Of a stretch of 64,000 bases of DNA, positions 52,250 to 62,508 are shown one piece after another; within the stretch, counting starts at the first letter, position 1, and each line of letters begins with the position of its first letter. Position numbers and translations under genes: made by a program. Under the pieces are notes generated by a model. That model ran no database searches. It saw only the letters and a program-made list of their open reading frames with translations, and was not told the DNA's origin. Origin of the DNA: Rubrivivax sp. Its GTDB lineage: Bacteria > Pseudomonadota > Gammaproteobacteria > Burkholderiales > Burkholderiaceae_C. The stretch covers positions 13,205 through 77,204 of the forward strand of contig JAXHKY010000005.1 in assembly GCA_034522875.1 (NCBI GenBank), read 5' to 3'.

Positions 52250-53263
52250 CTATCGCTGTTCGGCGCCGGCAAGGTCGGCGGGGTCGATCACGCCCACCAG
52301 TTTGCCGAAGACGCGATTGTGTTCGAGGTCGGCATGGGCACGCGCGATGTCAGCCAGCGTGTAGGCGTGCAACGGCCCGACGGGCAGTGCGCCCGTTGCC
52401 AGACGGTCGAGCCAGTCTTGCAGCACCGGCGCCGGCAGGTCGGCGGCCCCCCCGGCATAGGCCGTGAGCCGGACGCCGCGCGGGATGTAGTCGATGGGGT
52501 AGAACGCGTCCACCGTCCAGCGGTTGGAGAGCATGCCGGTGAAGCAGACCGTGCCGTGCACACGCGTGGCATGCAAGGTGTCGGGCAAGGTCGGCGTGCC
52601 CACCAGTTCCAGCGCGGCGTCCACGCCTTCGGGGGCGGCGGCGCGCACCGCAAGTGCGACCTGGCCGTCGTCGATGAAGACGCGGTCCACGCCGTGGGCG
52701 CGCAACGCGTCGGCCCGACCAGGCTGGCGCGTCGTCGCCCACACCACGGCGCCGCGGTCCTTGGCCAGCGTGGCCGCGGCCATACCAAGCGCCGAGGTGC
52801 CGCCGCGGATGAGCAGGGTCTGGCCCGGCTGCAGGTCGAGCCCGATGCCCAGCGAGCCGTAGGCCGTCTGCAGCGTCTCGGGAAGGGCGCCGAGCACTGC
52901 CCAGGGCAGGCTCGACTGAAACGGGATCACCTGCTGGCGCGGCACCACCACGTACTCGGCGTAACCGCCGTCGAAGACGCGGCCCATGCCGCCGAGCAGG
53001 GTGGCGACCTGCTGGCCGACGGCCAGACCGGCATCGCCCCCACCTTCGGGCAGTGCGTCGATCACGCCGACCGCCTCGATGCCCAGCACGCGCGGGAACG
53101 AGACGCCCTGCGACAGGCCCAGCCGCGTGTGCAGCTCGGAACGGTTAAGACCGAAGGCGCGCACCGCGATCCGCACCCAGCCGGGCCGCGGTCGCGGCAG
53201 CGGCAAGGTGGACAACACCAGGTTCTCCGGGGGGCCAGGCTGGGTCAGCACGGCCGCGCGCAT
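52250..53263 (-). CDS. Zinc-independent MDR/quinone oxidoreductase-like protein
   Basis: AFGLNRSE, LGIEAVG, DGGYAEY, RGGTSALG. Confidence 0.9.
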   Translation of the reverse strand: MRAAVLTQPGPPENLVLSTLPLPRPRPGWVRIAVRAFGLNRSELHTRLGLSQGVSFPRVLGIEAVGVIDALPEGGGDAGLAVGQQVATLLGGMGRVFDGGYAEYVVVPRQQVIPFQSSLPWAVLGALPETLQTAYGSLGIGLDLQPGQTLLIRGGTSALGMAAATLAKDRGAVVWATTRQPGRADALRAHGVDRVFIDDGQVALAVRAAAPEGVDAALELVGTPTLPDTLHATRVHGTVCFTGMLSNRWTVDAFYPIDYIPRGVRLTAYAGGAADLPAPVLQDWLDRLATGALPVGPLHAYTLADIARAHADLEHNRVFGKLVGVIDPADLAGAEQR

Positions 53264-53343
53264 CGTGCGCGATCCGGCACGACGCGCTGGGTCAACCGTG
53301 GGTTCGGCCCGGGTCTGATCGCGGCCTTTGCGCTTGAGCACGA

Positions 53344-54363
53344 TCAGTCGTCCCAGCGCGCGTAGATCAGAGCGGCGCGGCAATGACTGGAGCCGTACAC
53401 ATCCACCCCCGCCAGCTTGTCCGCCCATCGCCCCTGGACCTCGGTCGCACACTGGTCGATCACGCCGTCGAGCAGGGTCCTGAAGAGAGCGAACTTGTTG
53501 TCCCAGCTGTACTTCGAGGCCGCCCTGGACAGCACCGCCATCTGGTCCGTGCCGTCGTGGATGCGCTTGACGGTCTTGTAGACGTCCAGCGCGTAATCCC
53601 GGGTCATCTGCACGTCGGCGCGGTCCGCCAGGTAGGTCAGGTGCCCCGGCACCAGCACGTCGAAGTCGTAGGCCAGCAGCCGATCAAAGACCAACAGGTA
53701 CTCGTGCATGTTCGTCGACAGGTCGAAGTCCATGAACGGCACGTGGCCCGCGGCCAGCGTGTCGATGGCGATCAGGAAGCGGCGGCTGGGCACGTACACG
53801 AAGAGATCCCCCTCCGGCGAGTGCCATCGGCCCTTCTTCAGCTCGACCGTCATCGCGCCCAGCTTGAGCGTCGTCTGCTCCTTGAACGTGCGCGTCGGCA
53901 GCGGCCGCCGAGGGTCCTTCTTCTCGCGAAGGAAGCGCGCCGTTTCCTCTTCGGCCAGGATCTGCAGGCCGGGGACCTTTTTCTTGAGGCTCTCGGCACC
54001 GGCGATGTGGTCCAGGTGCGCATGCGAGTAAACGATCTGCGTGATGGGCTCCTTCGTCACCTCGGCCACGGCCACCGGAAGCTTGTCGGCGAACGAGGGC
54101 GGGGCATCGAAGAGCACCACACCCTTGCCGGTGGTGATCAAGGCCGACTGGTAGATGCCGTCGGTGACGACGTAGACGTTGGGCTTGACCTCCTTCACGA
54201 GGAAGCCTTTCGACGGGTCCACCGCCAACGCGCGCGCCTTCACGGCCGGCAGCACGGGCACGTAGTCGGGCAGTTTGTCCAGGTCCTGCGCCTGCACGGC
54301 CCACGGCAGCAGGGAAGCAGCCATCACGGCCAGGGATGCAATGCGGTGTCGTAGCGAATTCAC
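53344..54363 (-). CDS. Exported MBL-fold metallo-hydrolase
   Basis: AAGGAG RBS plus GTG, signal peptide, YSHAHLDH, downstream H, D and PGH. Confidence 0.88.
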   Translation of the reverse strand: MNSLRHRIASLAVMAASLLPWAVQAQDLDKLPDYVPVLPAVKARALAVDPSKGFLVKEVKPNVYVVTDGIYQSALITTGKGVVLFDAPPSFADKLPVAVAEVTKEPITQIVYSHAHLDHIAGAESLKKKVPGLQILAEEETARFLREKKDPRRPLPTRTFKEQTTLKLGAMTVELKKGRWHSPEGDLFVYVPSRRFLIAIDTLAAGHVPFMDFDLSTNMHEYLLVFDRLLAYDFDVLVPGHLTYLADRADVQMTRDYALDVYKTVKRIHDGTDQMAVLSRAASKYSWDNKFALFRTLLDGVIDQCATEVQGRWADKLAGVDVYGSSHCRAALIYARWDD

Positions 54364-54392
54364 TCTGCTTCTCCTTCTGCTGTGGGGCGTGG

Positions 54393-54770
54393 TCAGGCGC
54401 GCGGCTCGGTGGTCGACAACAGGTAGCGGTGAATCTTCCAGTCGCCGTTCTCGCGCTTGAAGACGAACAGCTCGTTGTTCCCTTCTGCGATCTCGATGCC
54501 CGCAGCCAGGATGCGAGTGCGGCCCGCGGAACTGGTCCGCGCCCAGGCGGTATAGCCGACGACCTCCACCTCGTGGATCGTGAATTCGATGTTCAGCTTG
54601 ATCGTCTCGAACACCTGCCTGTAACCGGCGCGCACCGCCTCGCGGCCGACCAAGGCCGGCGCATGCTGGGGCATGAACACGGGGGCCTCGCCGTACAGAT
54701 TGAGAATCGATTCGATGTCGTTGGTGTTCAGGGCCTTCTCGTAGGCTTTCAGCTGCGATTCGATGGACAT
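54393..54770 (-). CDS. NTF2/SnoaL-like (YybH-type) protein
   Basis: YEKALN...FMPQHAPALVGREAVR...ELFVFKRENGDWKIHRY. Confidence 0.85.
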   Translation of the reverse strand: MSIESQLKAYEKALNTNDIESILNLYGEAPVFMPQHAPALVGREAVRAGYRQVFETIKLNIEFTIHEVEVVGYTAWARTSSAGRTRILAAGIEIAEGNNELFVFKRENGDWKIHRYLLSTTEPRA

Positions 54771-54881
54771 GACGGGTTCCTTGGTTGCGAGGTTGAGACG
54801 TTCGCGCCCCTGATTGGCAGGGCATGCCGCCAATCTAGGCCTCTCGACTACAGCAGGGAAGATGCATGTTTAATAATGAAT

Positions 54882-54897
54882 CTCTCATTAATGAGAG
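54882..54897. promoter_or_regulatory. Perfect 16-bp palindrome, likely LysR-binding site
   Basis: CTCTCATTAATGAGAG between the divergent operon and lysR. Confidence 0.6.
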
Positions 54898-54903
54898 GCA
54901 AAG

Positions 54904-55827
54904 ATGGATCTCAACGCGACCCGGATGTTCGTGGGCGCCGTGCAGGCAGGCAGCCTGTCGGCCGCGGCGGCCCGCCTGAACCTGCCGCTGCCGACGATCA
55001 GCCGGCGCATCCGTCAACTCGAGCGGCAGCTGAAGGTGCAGTTGCTGGAGCGGTCGCCCAAGGGCATCACGCTGACCGACGCAGGGGCGCGCCTGTACGA
55101 GCACGCCAGCCGTGGGCTGGAGGTCCTGTCCGAAGGCGCGGAGGCAGTGCGCAGCGATCAGGCGCGCCTGAAAGGGCGATTGCGCCTCTCGATTCCGCCA
55201 TCGATGGAGCCCTGGTGGGTACTGTTGAGCGCGTTCCAGCAGCAGTTCCCGGACATCCGCCTCAGCGTCCTCTCGACCGAGCGCCGGGTCGACCTGATCC
55301 AGGACGGCATCGATGTGGCGCTGCGGATCGGCGCCATCGTCGACGAGTCCATGGTGGCGAGCCGCGTGGCGTCATACCGCCACGTGCTCGTGGCGTCGCC
55401 GAGTCTGCTGACCCGGTTGGGAGCGCCGAGAACGGCCGACGCACTGAACCGACTCCCTTGCGCTGTCTGGGTGCCTGGATCAAACGCTCAAAGCGTCTGG
55501 AACTTGGGTGAAACCGTGTTCGCACCCGATGCGGTGCTGTCCACCAACGACTACCTGCACCTTCGAGCGTTTGCTCTGACTGGAGGAGCCGTGACCGAGC
55601 TGCCGCCGTTCCTGGCGCGCGACGCGCTGGCTCGCGGCGAACTGGTGCGCGTGCTGCCGCGCCTGAAGTTGCCCGAGGTCTCCATCAACCTGCTTTATCC
55701 GTCGCACCGGCACCCTTCAAGCCTGGTGCGCGCGTATCTCAGTTACTGCCGTGAATGCGCCGAGCGCTACCTGCAGGCTGTCGGCGGTTTAGATACGACG
55801 AGGAGGCGAGGGATGCCACGGTCTTGA
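54904..55827 (+). CDS. LysR-family regulator (CrgA/DmlR-like)
   Basis: GSLSAAAARL...ISRRIRQLE...LTDAG, RVDLIQDGIDVALR. Confidence 0.93.
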   Translation: MDLNATRMFVGAVQAGSLSAAAARLNLPLPTISRRIRQLERQLKVQLLERSPKGITLTDAGARLYEHASRGLEVLSEGAEAVRSDQARLKGRLRLSIPPSMEPWWVLLSAFQQQFPDIRLSVLSTERRVDLIQDGIDVALRIGAIVDESMVASRVASYRHVLVASPSLLTRLGAPRTADALNRLPCAVWVPGSNAQSVWNLGETVFAPDAVLSTNDYLHLRAFALTGGAVTELPPFLARDALARGELVRVLPRLKLPEVSINLLYPSHRHPSSLVRAYLSYCRECAERYLQAVGGLDTTRRRGMPRS

Positions 55828-56030
55828 GTGAACGGGCGTCCCTGGAATATCGCGGCTGGACAGAACAGCCGAGAGTGAACCGGCACTCCCCATTGCCAGC
55901 GTCACCCGATTGCAGCTATGGCCACTCGCGAGTCGCCCACAAGCGGTCGCCCGCGGAAAGCTGCTCCTGGCCGTACAGCGACTTCCATGATCGCGATAGA
56001 TCGACGCGCTTTCGAGGCCACACACACCTG

Positions 56031-56465
56031 TCAGGGCGCGCCGTGCAGCACAACCGGCTTGATTTTCAGGCGCTGTGCATTCCGGCTCAGGACGTCGTCC
56101 AGAGTTGCCATGTGTTTCGCCCCGGCAGTCTCGGCACAGGCCAGATGCAAGGCGTCGCCGGCGCGTAACGCGCTCGCAGGGTAGAGCACCAATTCTGCCG
56201 CCCGATGGAAGTTGGCGGGCGCTACCGGAAGCAGTCGAAGGTCGGCAGCCACCATGCGTTCGAAGCGGGCCCAGGCGCCCTGGGCCTGCTGCGCGTCGAT
56301 GGCACCAGTGCGCTGCTTGATGCCGAGGGCGCTGGCGAATTCCGGAATGCACCAAGCCGCAGCGACGAGTTCGCCTTTCTCGCGGGCGTACCAGTTGGCG
56401 ACTGCCACGCTGTGCGGTTCGTTCAGGAACAGCGGCACGAGTACGCTGGTGTCGACATAGACCAT
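56031..56465 (-). CDS. vapC: VapC PIN toxin
   Basis: MVYVDTSVLV...EFASAL...LRAGDALHLA...ATLD. Confidence 0.92.
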   Translation of the reverse strand: MVYVDTSVLVPLFLNEPHSVAVANWYAREKGELVAAAWCIPEFASALGIKQRTGAIDAQQAQGAWARFERMVAADLRLLPVAPANFHRAAELVLYPASALRAGDALHLACAETAGAKHMATLDDVLSRNAQRLKIKPVVLHGAP

Positions 56466-56466
56466 G

Positions 56467-56712
56467 TCAGTACCGCGCCCCGCCACGCAGTTCCTCGATC
56501 ACGGGCTCGCTCATGGGCATGGCACTGCGGGCCGCGGTCAACTCGAGCGCGAATGCCTTGCGATTCCACTTCGCCGGCCGAATCGACAAGCTGCCGTCTA
56601 CGGTGAGTTGGGCCTCTACAGTGGCCCCTTCGCGCAGTCCAAGCCGACGCACGACTTCGGAGGGGATCCGCAGGGCAAGACTGTTACCCCACTTCGCTAC
56701 TTGTAGATCCAT
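56467..56712 (-). CDS. vapB: AbrB/MazE-type antitoxin
   Basis: VAKWGNSLALRIP. Confidence 0.9.
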   Translation of the reverse strand: MDLQVAKWGNSLALRIPSEVVRRLGLREGATVEAQLTVDGSLSIRPAKWNRKAFALELTAARSAMPMSEPVIEELRGGARY

Positions 56713-56713
56713 G

Positions 56714-56739
56714 ATGTATATCCTAAGGTGTGTATACAT
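56714..56739. promoter_or_regulatory. vapBC operator inverted repeat
   Basis: ATGTATA-N12-TATACAT directly upstream of the antitoxin start. Confidence 0.6.
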
Positions 56740-57200
56740 GCTACTTGCTCAGCATCGATTGTCAAGGGGTCGCTCCCTTGAAGATGCTGGAAGCTGCCCT
56801 CAGACAACCGCCTTGAGTGGGCGATACCTGTCGGTCAGGCGCGCTCCGTTCGCCGCCGCGGACCAGTGCAGGCTCGTTGGACGTCCCGGTAGCTGCCGTC
56901 GACCAGCGGCAGGAATTGGCCGTTATGCACAGGTCCCGGTTATGTACAGCGTAGGCTGGCCGGGCGCCGATTCTTCCTCGTGATGGGACTGGAGTCGGCG
57001 GCTGGGTTCTGCACATAGTCACAGCGTCTTGAGGAACTCCAACAGTGAGTCCGTCGCCCTGAAACGGCTGCTTCGTAGACCCGCAACCCGAGGGTGTCCT
57101 GCCCGGGCGTCGGGCAGCTTCGGCGAAGCACGGCCGGCAGGTTTGGGTCGCGAGCCGTCGCTGATCCAGCAACGCCGTCCGGTTGCAAGCTCCGCACCCT

Positions 57201-58172
57201 CTATTCGAGCGTGATCACCGTGTCCTGCGCTCCAGCCCGGCAGCCGTCGGCGATGGGCTTCCAGCCGCGGCGGATAACGACCTGGGTCTCGGTGTGGCAG
57301 AACTCCATCCGCGTCGTGCCCGGCAGCCTGCGCCGCACGAAGGCCTCGATGGAGGCCGGCATGCTGACGCGGTAGATCTGCTGTTCGGTGTCTTCGGCCG
57401 GGTGATCGTCGCCGTGCACCCAGGGGATGAGGTTGCCGGCCCACATGAGCGCGCGCCAGCCGACGTCGAAGACGGTGGCCTCGTAGCCTTCGCCGCTGAG
57501 CCAGGCCTGGGCGCGTTCGCGTTGGCCGCTTGCACCGGCCGTCGCGTGACCGGGCTCGCCGCCCGTCCCGTCGCCCATCCCGCCACCGGTGCCCCAGGCG
57601 ATGGCCAGCAGTTCGGCCACCCACTGGTTGCAATTCTGGTAGCGCGGGCTGAAGGGGTAGGCATTGGCGCTGTACTCGCGGCCCAGCAGCGCCAGCGCCT
57701 GGCGGTTGTCGAGCGCGGTGCGCTCCAGCGCCGCGGCCGGCGCCGGCGGCAGCAACAGCACCGAGACATACCCCAGCGTGGGTTCGTCGCCGCCCAGAAC
57801 GAAGGCCGCCATGCCCTGGTCGAACAGGCGCGGCCGGCGCTCGTCGCAGTCGAAATAGAGTTGGCGCACGGCCCAGGGTGACTCCGGGCCGGCTTTCAGG
57901 CTCACGCCGGCATGCGAATAGCGCTGGCCGAAGCGGCTCAGGTCCAGCCCGGAGCGGGCGATGAGCGCCACGCTGGCGCCGCTGCGCTCGAGTTCGGCCT
58001 TGACGATGGCGCCGAAGCGGATGAGGCGGTCGTTCTGCGCCGCGCTCAGCGGCGCCGGTTCGTTGCAGTAGGCCGCCAGGGCGGCGTGGGCGGTGGTGCC
58101 CGCCGTGCCCAGCGTGCAGGCCAAGGTGCAGCCGAATGCCGCCCGTGCGGCGTGTTGAAGCGAAGTGCTCAG
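57201..58172 (-). CDS. DUF2145 family exported protein (start uncertain, possibly CTG at 58172)
   Basis: VALIARSGLDLSRFGQRYSHAG, WAVRQLY, YQNCNQWVAE. Confidence 0.8.
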   Translation of the reverse strand: MSTSLQHAARAAFGCTLACTLGTAGTTAHAALAAYCNEPAPLSAAQNDRLIRFGAIVKAELERSGASVALIARSGLDLSRFGQRYSHAGVSLKAGPESPWAVRQLYFDCDERRPRLFDQGMAAFVLGGDEPTLGYVSVLLLPPAPAAALERTALDNRQALALLGREYSANAYPFSPRYQNCNQWVAELLAIAWGTGGGMGDGTGGEPGHATAGASGQRERAQAWLSGEGYEATVFDVGWRALMWAGNLIPWVHGDDHPAEDTEQQIYRVSMPASIEAFVRRRLPGTTRMEFCHTETQVVIRRGWKPIADGCRAGAQDTVITLE

Positions 58173-58636
58173 AGCGTCACCGGCCGCGTACGCAGCTCCC
58201 GCGCGCCGTCGTCGTGCACCACCAGGAAGAAGGCCTGCAACGGCTCGCCGTGGGCAAACTCCAGGCCGTAGGGGCGTTCGCGCGCATTCACTCTTTCGCC
58301 CACGGCCAGCTGGGCGCCGGCGGCCGTTTGCTGCGGCACATAAAGGACGAGGCGGCCTTCGGCACCCTGCGCGGCCAGGGCCTGCAACGTCACGCGCACG
58401 CTGCCCGGCCGCGCCGGGGCGGCGGCCAGCTCGACGATGCGGTAGTCGCCCTGGGCCACTTCGCCGCCCTTGGACGAGGCGTCGCTCGAAGTCTCGATCG
58501 AGGTCGACAGGCTGCCGACCGAAGCCGAGGAACCTTCGGAAGAGGCCGACGAGGCCGAACCCGAGGCTCCGGCCGGCAGGGCAGAGGCGCCGGCCAGCAG
58601 GGCCAGGCCGGCGATTTGGGGCTTGAATCGGACCAT
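58169..58636 (-). CDS. Ser-rich exported hypothetical protein, upstream partner of DUF2145
   Basis: Signal peptide, SASSASSEGSSASVGSLS, RPYGLEF, AFFLVV.D...EL.TRPV. Confidence 0.75.
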   Translation of the reverse strand: MVRFKPQIAGLALLAGASALPAGASGSASSASSEGSSASVGSLSTSIETSSDASSKGGEVAQGDYRIVELAAAPARPGSVRVTLQALAAQGAEGRLVLYVPQQTAAGAQLAVGERVNARERPYGLEFAHGEPLQAFFLVVHDDGARELRTRPVTL

Positions 58637-58747
58637 GGGGAATCGTTCCAGAGTTGCTTCGCGCGATGCTATCGCGCTCTGCCCCGGGGGCGTGCGCGGC
58701 CTTGCATCGGTGTCGTGCACGGCGGGGCGCGCCGATACACTTTCCGG

Positions 58748-59671
58748 ATGGAGACCAAGTGGCTGGAGGACTTCGTGAGCCTGGCCGAGACGCGCAGCTT
58801 TTCGCGTTCGGCGCAGTTGCGGCACGTCACGCAGCCGGCGTTCTCGCGTCGCATCCAGGCGTTGGAGGCCTGGGCCGGCATCGACCTCGTCGACCGCTCC
58901 TCGTACCCGACGCGGCTCACGCCGGCCGGCGAAACCTTTCATGCCCAGGCGCTGGACATCCTGGAGGCGCTGCAGGCCACGCGCAACATGATGCGCAGCC
59001 ACCAGGCGTCGGGCCAGGACATGATCGAATTCGCGGTGCCGCACACCCTGGCCTTCAGCTTCTTCCCGCATTGGCTGATGGACCTGCGCCAGACCTTCGG
59101 CGAGGTGAAAACCCGGCTCACGGCGCTGAACGTTCATGACGCGGCACTGCGCCTCACCGAAGGCGGCTGCGACCTGCTCATCGCCTACCACCATGCGAGC
59201 CAGCCGCTGCAGATCAGCGCCGAGCGCTACGAGACACTCAAGCTCACCAGCGAGACGCTGGCCCCCTACGCCAAGGCCGGCCCCGACGGCCAGCCCCTGT
59301 TCAGTCTGCCCGGGCGGCCGGGCGGGCGCGTGCCGTTCCTGAGCTATGCGTCCGGGGCCTACATGGCGCAGCTGGTGGAATTGATCGTGAAGCAGGCGGG
59401 CGAGCCGCTGCCGCTGGACCCCATCTACGAGACCGACATGGCCGAGGGCCTGAAGGCCATGGCGCTGGAAGGCCACGGCCTGGCCTTCCTGCCGCGCAGT
59501 TCGGTGCGCAAGGAACTGGCGTCGCGCCGGCTCGTCGCCGCCGCCGCGGGCGGCGCGCTGTCGCTGACCATGGAAGTGCGCATCTATCGCGAACGGCCCG
59601 GTCACGCCCGCCACGCCAAGGCGGCGGCGCTGAAGCTGTGGGACTTCCTGCGCGTGGCGAACCCGGCCTGA
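58748..59671 (+). CDS. LysR-family regulator (HypT/YjiE-like)
   Basis: METKWLEDFVSLAETRSFSRSAQLRHVTQPAFSRRI. Confidence 0.93.
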   Translation: METKWLEDFVSLAETRSFSRSAQLRHVTQPAFSRRIQALEAWAGIDLVDRSSYPTRLTPAGETFHAQALDILEALQATRNMMRSHQASGQDMIEFAVPHTLAFSFFPHWLMDLRQTFGEVKTRLTALNVHDAALRLTEGGCDLLIAYHHASQPLQISAERYETLKLTSETLAPYAKAGPDGQPLFSLPGRPGGRVPFLSYASGAYMAQLVELIVKQAGEPLPLDPIYETDMAEGLKAMALEGHGLAFLPRSSVRKELASRRLVAAAAGGALSLTMEVRIYRERPGHARHAKAAALKLWDFLRVANPA

Positions 59672-59747
59672 GCGACCGCGGCCGCCGCGGCCAGGCGGCG
59701 CTTCTAGAATGCGCAACCATGCGGCCGCTTGCGGCCTGGAGAATCCG

Positions 59748-60644
59748 ATGCGCCTGCCCCTGCTCGCCGCCGCCCTGTCCCTGACGCTGGGTGCCGTTGC
59801 CGCGCCCATCGACACGCTGGCCCGGATCAAGGAAACGGGCGTGGCGACGATGGGTGTGCGCGAAGCCTCGGGCGCGCTGTCGTACCGCGTCGGCGAGAAC
59901 GCCTTCGCCGGCTTCCACGTCGAGTTGTGCCAGCGTGTGCTGGGCGACGTGCGGCAGAAGCTGGGCCTGCCGCGGCTGGACATCGCCTACCGCCCGGTCA
60001 GTTCGCAGAACCGCATCCCGCTGCTGCTCAACGGCAGCATCGACATCGAATGCGGCTCCACCACCAACACCACGCAACGACAGCTCGACGTGGCCTTTGC
60101 ACCCACCACGTTCGTGGAGGAGACCCGCTTCGCGGTGAGGGCCGACTCGGGCATCGGCTCGCTGGCGCAGATCGACGGCAAGCGTGTCTCCACCACCACC
60201 GGCACCACGGCCGTGCAGGTGATGCGCCGCAAGGCGCAGGCCGCGGGCGTGAATTTCCAGGCCGTCTTCGGCAAGGACCACGACGACAGCTTCCTGCTCG
60301 TGCAGACCGGCCGCGCCGACGCCTTCGTGATGGACAGCCAGATCCTTGCCGGCGTCATCGCCCGTTCCGCCAACCCGGCCGACTACCGCATCGTCGGCGA
60401 AGTGCTGTCGGTGGAGCCGATCGCGATCATGCTGCGCAAGGACGACCCGGCCTTCAAGCAGGTGGTGGACGACAGCCTGCGCGCCTTGATGCAGTCCGGC
60501 GATGTGGCCCGCCTGTACGACAAGTGGTTCCTGCAGCCGATTCCGCCTGCGAACAAGCCCCTGGGGCTGCCGGCCAGCGCGGCCACGCAGGCGGCCTGGG
60601 CGCGGCCGAATGCGCTGCCGGTGGAAACCTTCCCCAAGCCGTGA
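59748..60644 (+). CDS. gltI: Glutamate/aspartate ABC substrate-binding protein
   Basis: [42 protein letters not shown]. Confidence 0.85.
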   Translation: MRLPLLAAALSLTLGAVAAPIDTLARIKETGVATMGVREASGALSYRVGENAFAGFHVELCQRVLGDVRQKLGLPRLDIAYRPVSSQNRIPLLLNGSIDIECGSTTNTTQRQLDVAFAPTTFVEETRFAVRADSGIGSLAQIDGKRVSTTTGTTAVQVMRRKAQAAGVNFQAVFGKDHDDSFLLVQTGRADAFVMDSQILAGVIARSANPADYRIVGEVLSVEPIAIMLRKDDPAFKQVVDDSLRALMQSGDVARLYDKWFLQPIPPANKPLGLPASAATQAAWARPNALPVETFPKP

Positions 60645-60672
60645 AGATGCGGTTTCGATCCGGGCCCGCGCG

Positions 60673-61407
60673 ATGATCCAGATCCAGGGCGTCAGCAAGT
60701 GGTACGGCAGCTTCCAGGTGCTCGCCGACTGCAGCACGGCCGTCGCCAAGGGCGAGGTGGTGGTGGTGTGCGGCCCCTCGGGCAGCGGCAAGAGCACGCT
60801 GATCAAGACCGTGAATGCGCTGGAACCGTTCCAGCAGGGCGACATCACGGTCGACGGCATCAGCCTGCGTGACCCGAAGACCAACCTGCCGAAGCTGCGT
60901 GCGCGCGTCGGCATGGTGTTCCAGCACTTCGAGCTGTTCCCGCACCTGAGCGTGACCGAGAACCTGACGCTGGCGCAGGTGCGCGTGCTCGGCCGTAGCA
61001 AGGACATGGCGCTGGCGCGCGGGTTGAAGATGCTCGACCGCGTCGGCCTCATGGTGCACAAGGACAAGTTCCCCGGCCAGCTCTCGGGTGGCCAGCAGCA
61101 GCGCGTGGCCATTGCGCGCGCGCTGAGCATGGACCCCATCGTGATGCTGTTCGACGAGCCCACCTCGGCGCTCGACCCCGAGATGGTGGGCGAGGTGCTC
61201 GACGTCATGGTGCAGCTCGCGCAGGAAGGCATGACGATGATGGTCGTCACGCACGAGATGGGCTTCGCGAAGAAGGTCAGCCACCGCGTGGTCTTCATGG
61301 ACCAGGGCCGCATCGTCGAGGACTGCCCGAAGGCCGACTTCTTCGGCCACCCCGAGGCGCGCTCGCCGCGGGCGCGGGAGTTCCTGTCCAAGATCCTCGC
61401 GCATTGA
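60673..61407 (+). CDS. gltL: Polar amino-acid ABC ATP-binding protein
   Basis: [38 protein letters not shown]. Confidence 0.92.
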   Translation: MIQIQGVSKWYGSFQVLADCSTAVAKGEVVVVCGPSGSGKSTLIKTVNALEPFQQGDITVDGISLRDPKTNLPKLRARVGMVFQHFELFPHLSVTENLTLAQVRVLGRSKDMALARGLKMLDRVGLMVHKDKFPGQLSGGQQQRVAIARALSMDPIVMLFDEPTSALDPEMVGEVLDVMVQLAQEGMTMMVVTHEMGFAKKVSHRVVFMDQGRIVEDCPKADFFGHPEARSPRAREFLSKILAH

Positions 61408-61476
61408 GTGAACGCGAGCGTCGTCCGCGTCCGCGGCGGCGCCAGGGCGCGGCGCGGCGATGGGACAATCGCCGCC

Positions 61477-62508
61477 ATGCCCGAGACGCTGACCCTGACC
61501 CGCCCCGACGACTGGCACCTGCACCTGCGCGACGGCGCCGCGCTGGCGGCGGTGCTGCCCTGCACGGCGCGCCAGTTCGGCCGCGCCATCGTGATGCCCA
61601 ACCTGCGGCCGCCGGTCACCACCACGGCGCTGGCGCTGGCCTACCGCGAACGCATCCTGGCCGCACTGCCGGCCGGTGTGGACTTCGAGCCGCTGATGAC
61701 GCTGTACCTCACCGACCACACGCCGCCCGACGAGATCCGGCGCGCGAAGGCGGCCGGCGTGGTGGCGCTCAAGCTCTACCCGGCCGGTGCGACGACGAAC
61801 AGCGACGCCGGCGTCACCGACCTGCGCCGCTGCCATGCCACGCTCGAAGCCATGCAGCGCGAAGGCCTGCCGCTGCTGGTGCACGGCGAGGTCACCGACC
61901 CCGAGGTCGACATCTTCGACCGCGAGGCGGTATTCATCGAGCGCGTGATGCAGCCGCTGCGGCGCAGCTTTCCGGCGCTGAAGGTCGTGTTCGAGCACAT
62001 CACCACGCAGGACGCGGCCGACTACGTGGCCGGCAGCGACGCCTGCACCGCCGCCACGATCACCGCGCACCACCTGCTCTACAACCGCAATGCCCTCTTC
62101 ACCGGCGGCCTGCGCCCGCACTACTACTGCCTGCCGGTGCTGAAGAAGGAACGCCATCGGCAGGCGCTGGTGCGCGCGGCCACCGGCGGCAGCCCGAAAT
62201 TCTTTCTCGGCACCGACAGCGCACCGCATGCCGCCTCGATGAAGGAGCAGTCGGTGTGCGGAGCCGGCTGCTTTACCGCGCCGGCCGCGCTGGAGATGTA
62301 TGCCGAAGCCTTCGAGGCTGCGGGTGCCCTGGACCGGCTGGAGGCCTTTGCCAGTTTCTTCGGCGCCGACTTCTACGGCCTGCCGCGCCACATCGGCACC
62401 GTGACGCTGCAGCGCCAGGCGTGGACGCTGCCCGAGACGCTGCCCTTCGGCGACGCACTCATCAAGCCGCTGCGTGGCGGTGAGACCCTGAACTGGAAGC
62501 TCGCATGA
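61477..62508 (+). CDS. pyrC: Dihydroorotase (homodimeric type)
   Basis: [40 protein letters not shown]. Confidence 0.97.
   Translation: MPETLTLTRPDDWHLHLRDGAALAAVLPCTARQFGRAIVMPNLRPPVTTTALALAYRERILAALPAGVDFEPLMTLYLTDHTPPDEIRRAKAAGVVALKLYPAGATTNSDAGVTDLRRCHATLEAMQREGLPLLVHGEVTDPEVDIFDREAVFIERVMQPLRRSFPALKVVFEHITTQDAADYVAGSDACTAATITAHHLLYNRNALFTGGLRPHYYCLPVLKKERHRQALVRAATGGSPKFFLGTDSAPHAASMKEQSVCGAGCFTAPAALEMYAEAFEAAGALDRLEAFASFFGADFYGLPRHIGTVTLQRQAWTLPETLPFGDALIKPLRGGETLNWKLA

Noticed and set aside
50930-57200. Classical integron attC sites
   Set aside because: No convincing RYYYAAC...GTTRRRY paired ends at gene boundaries, and no intI.
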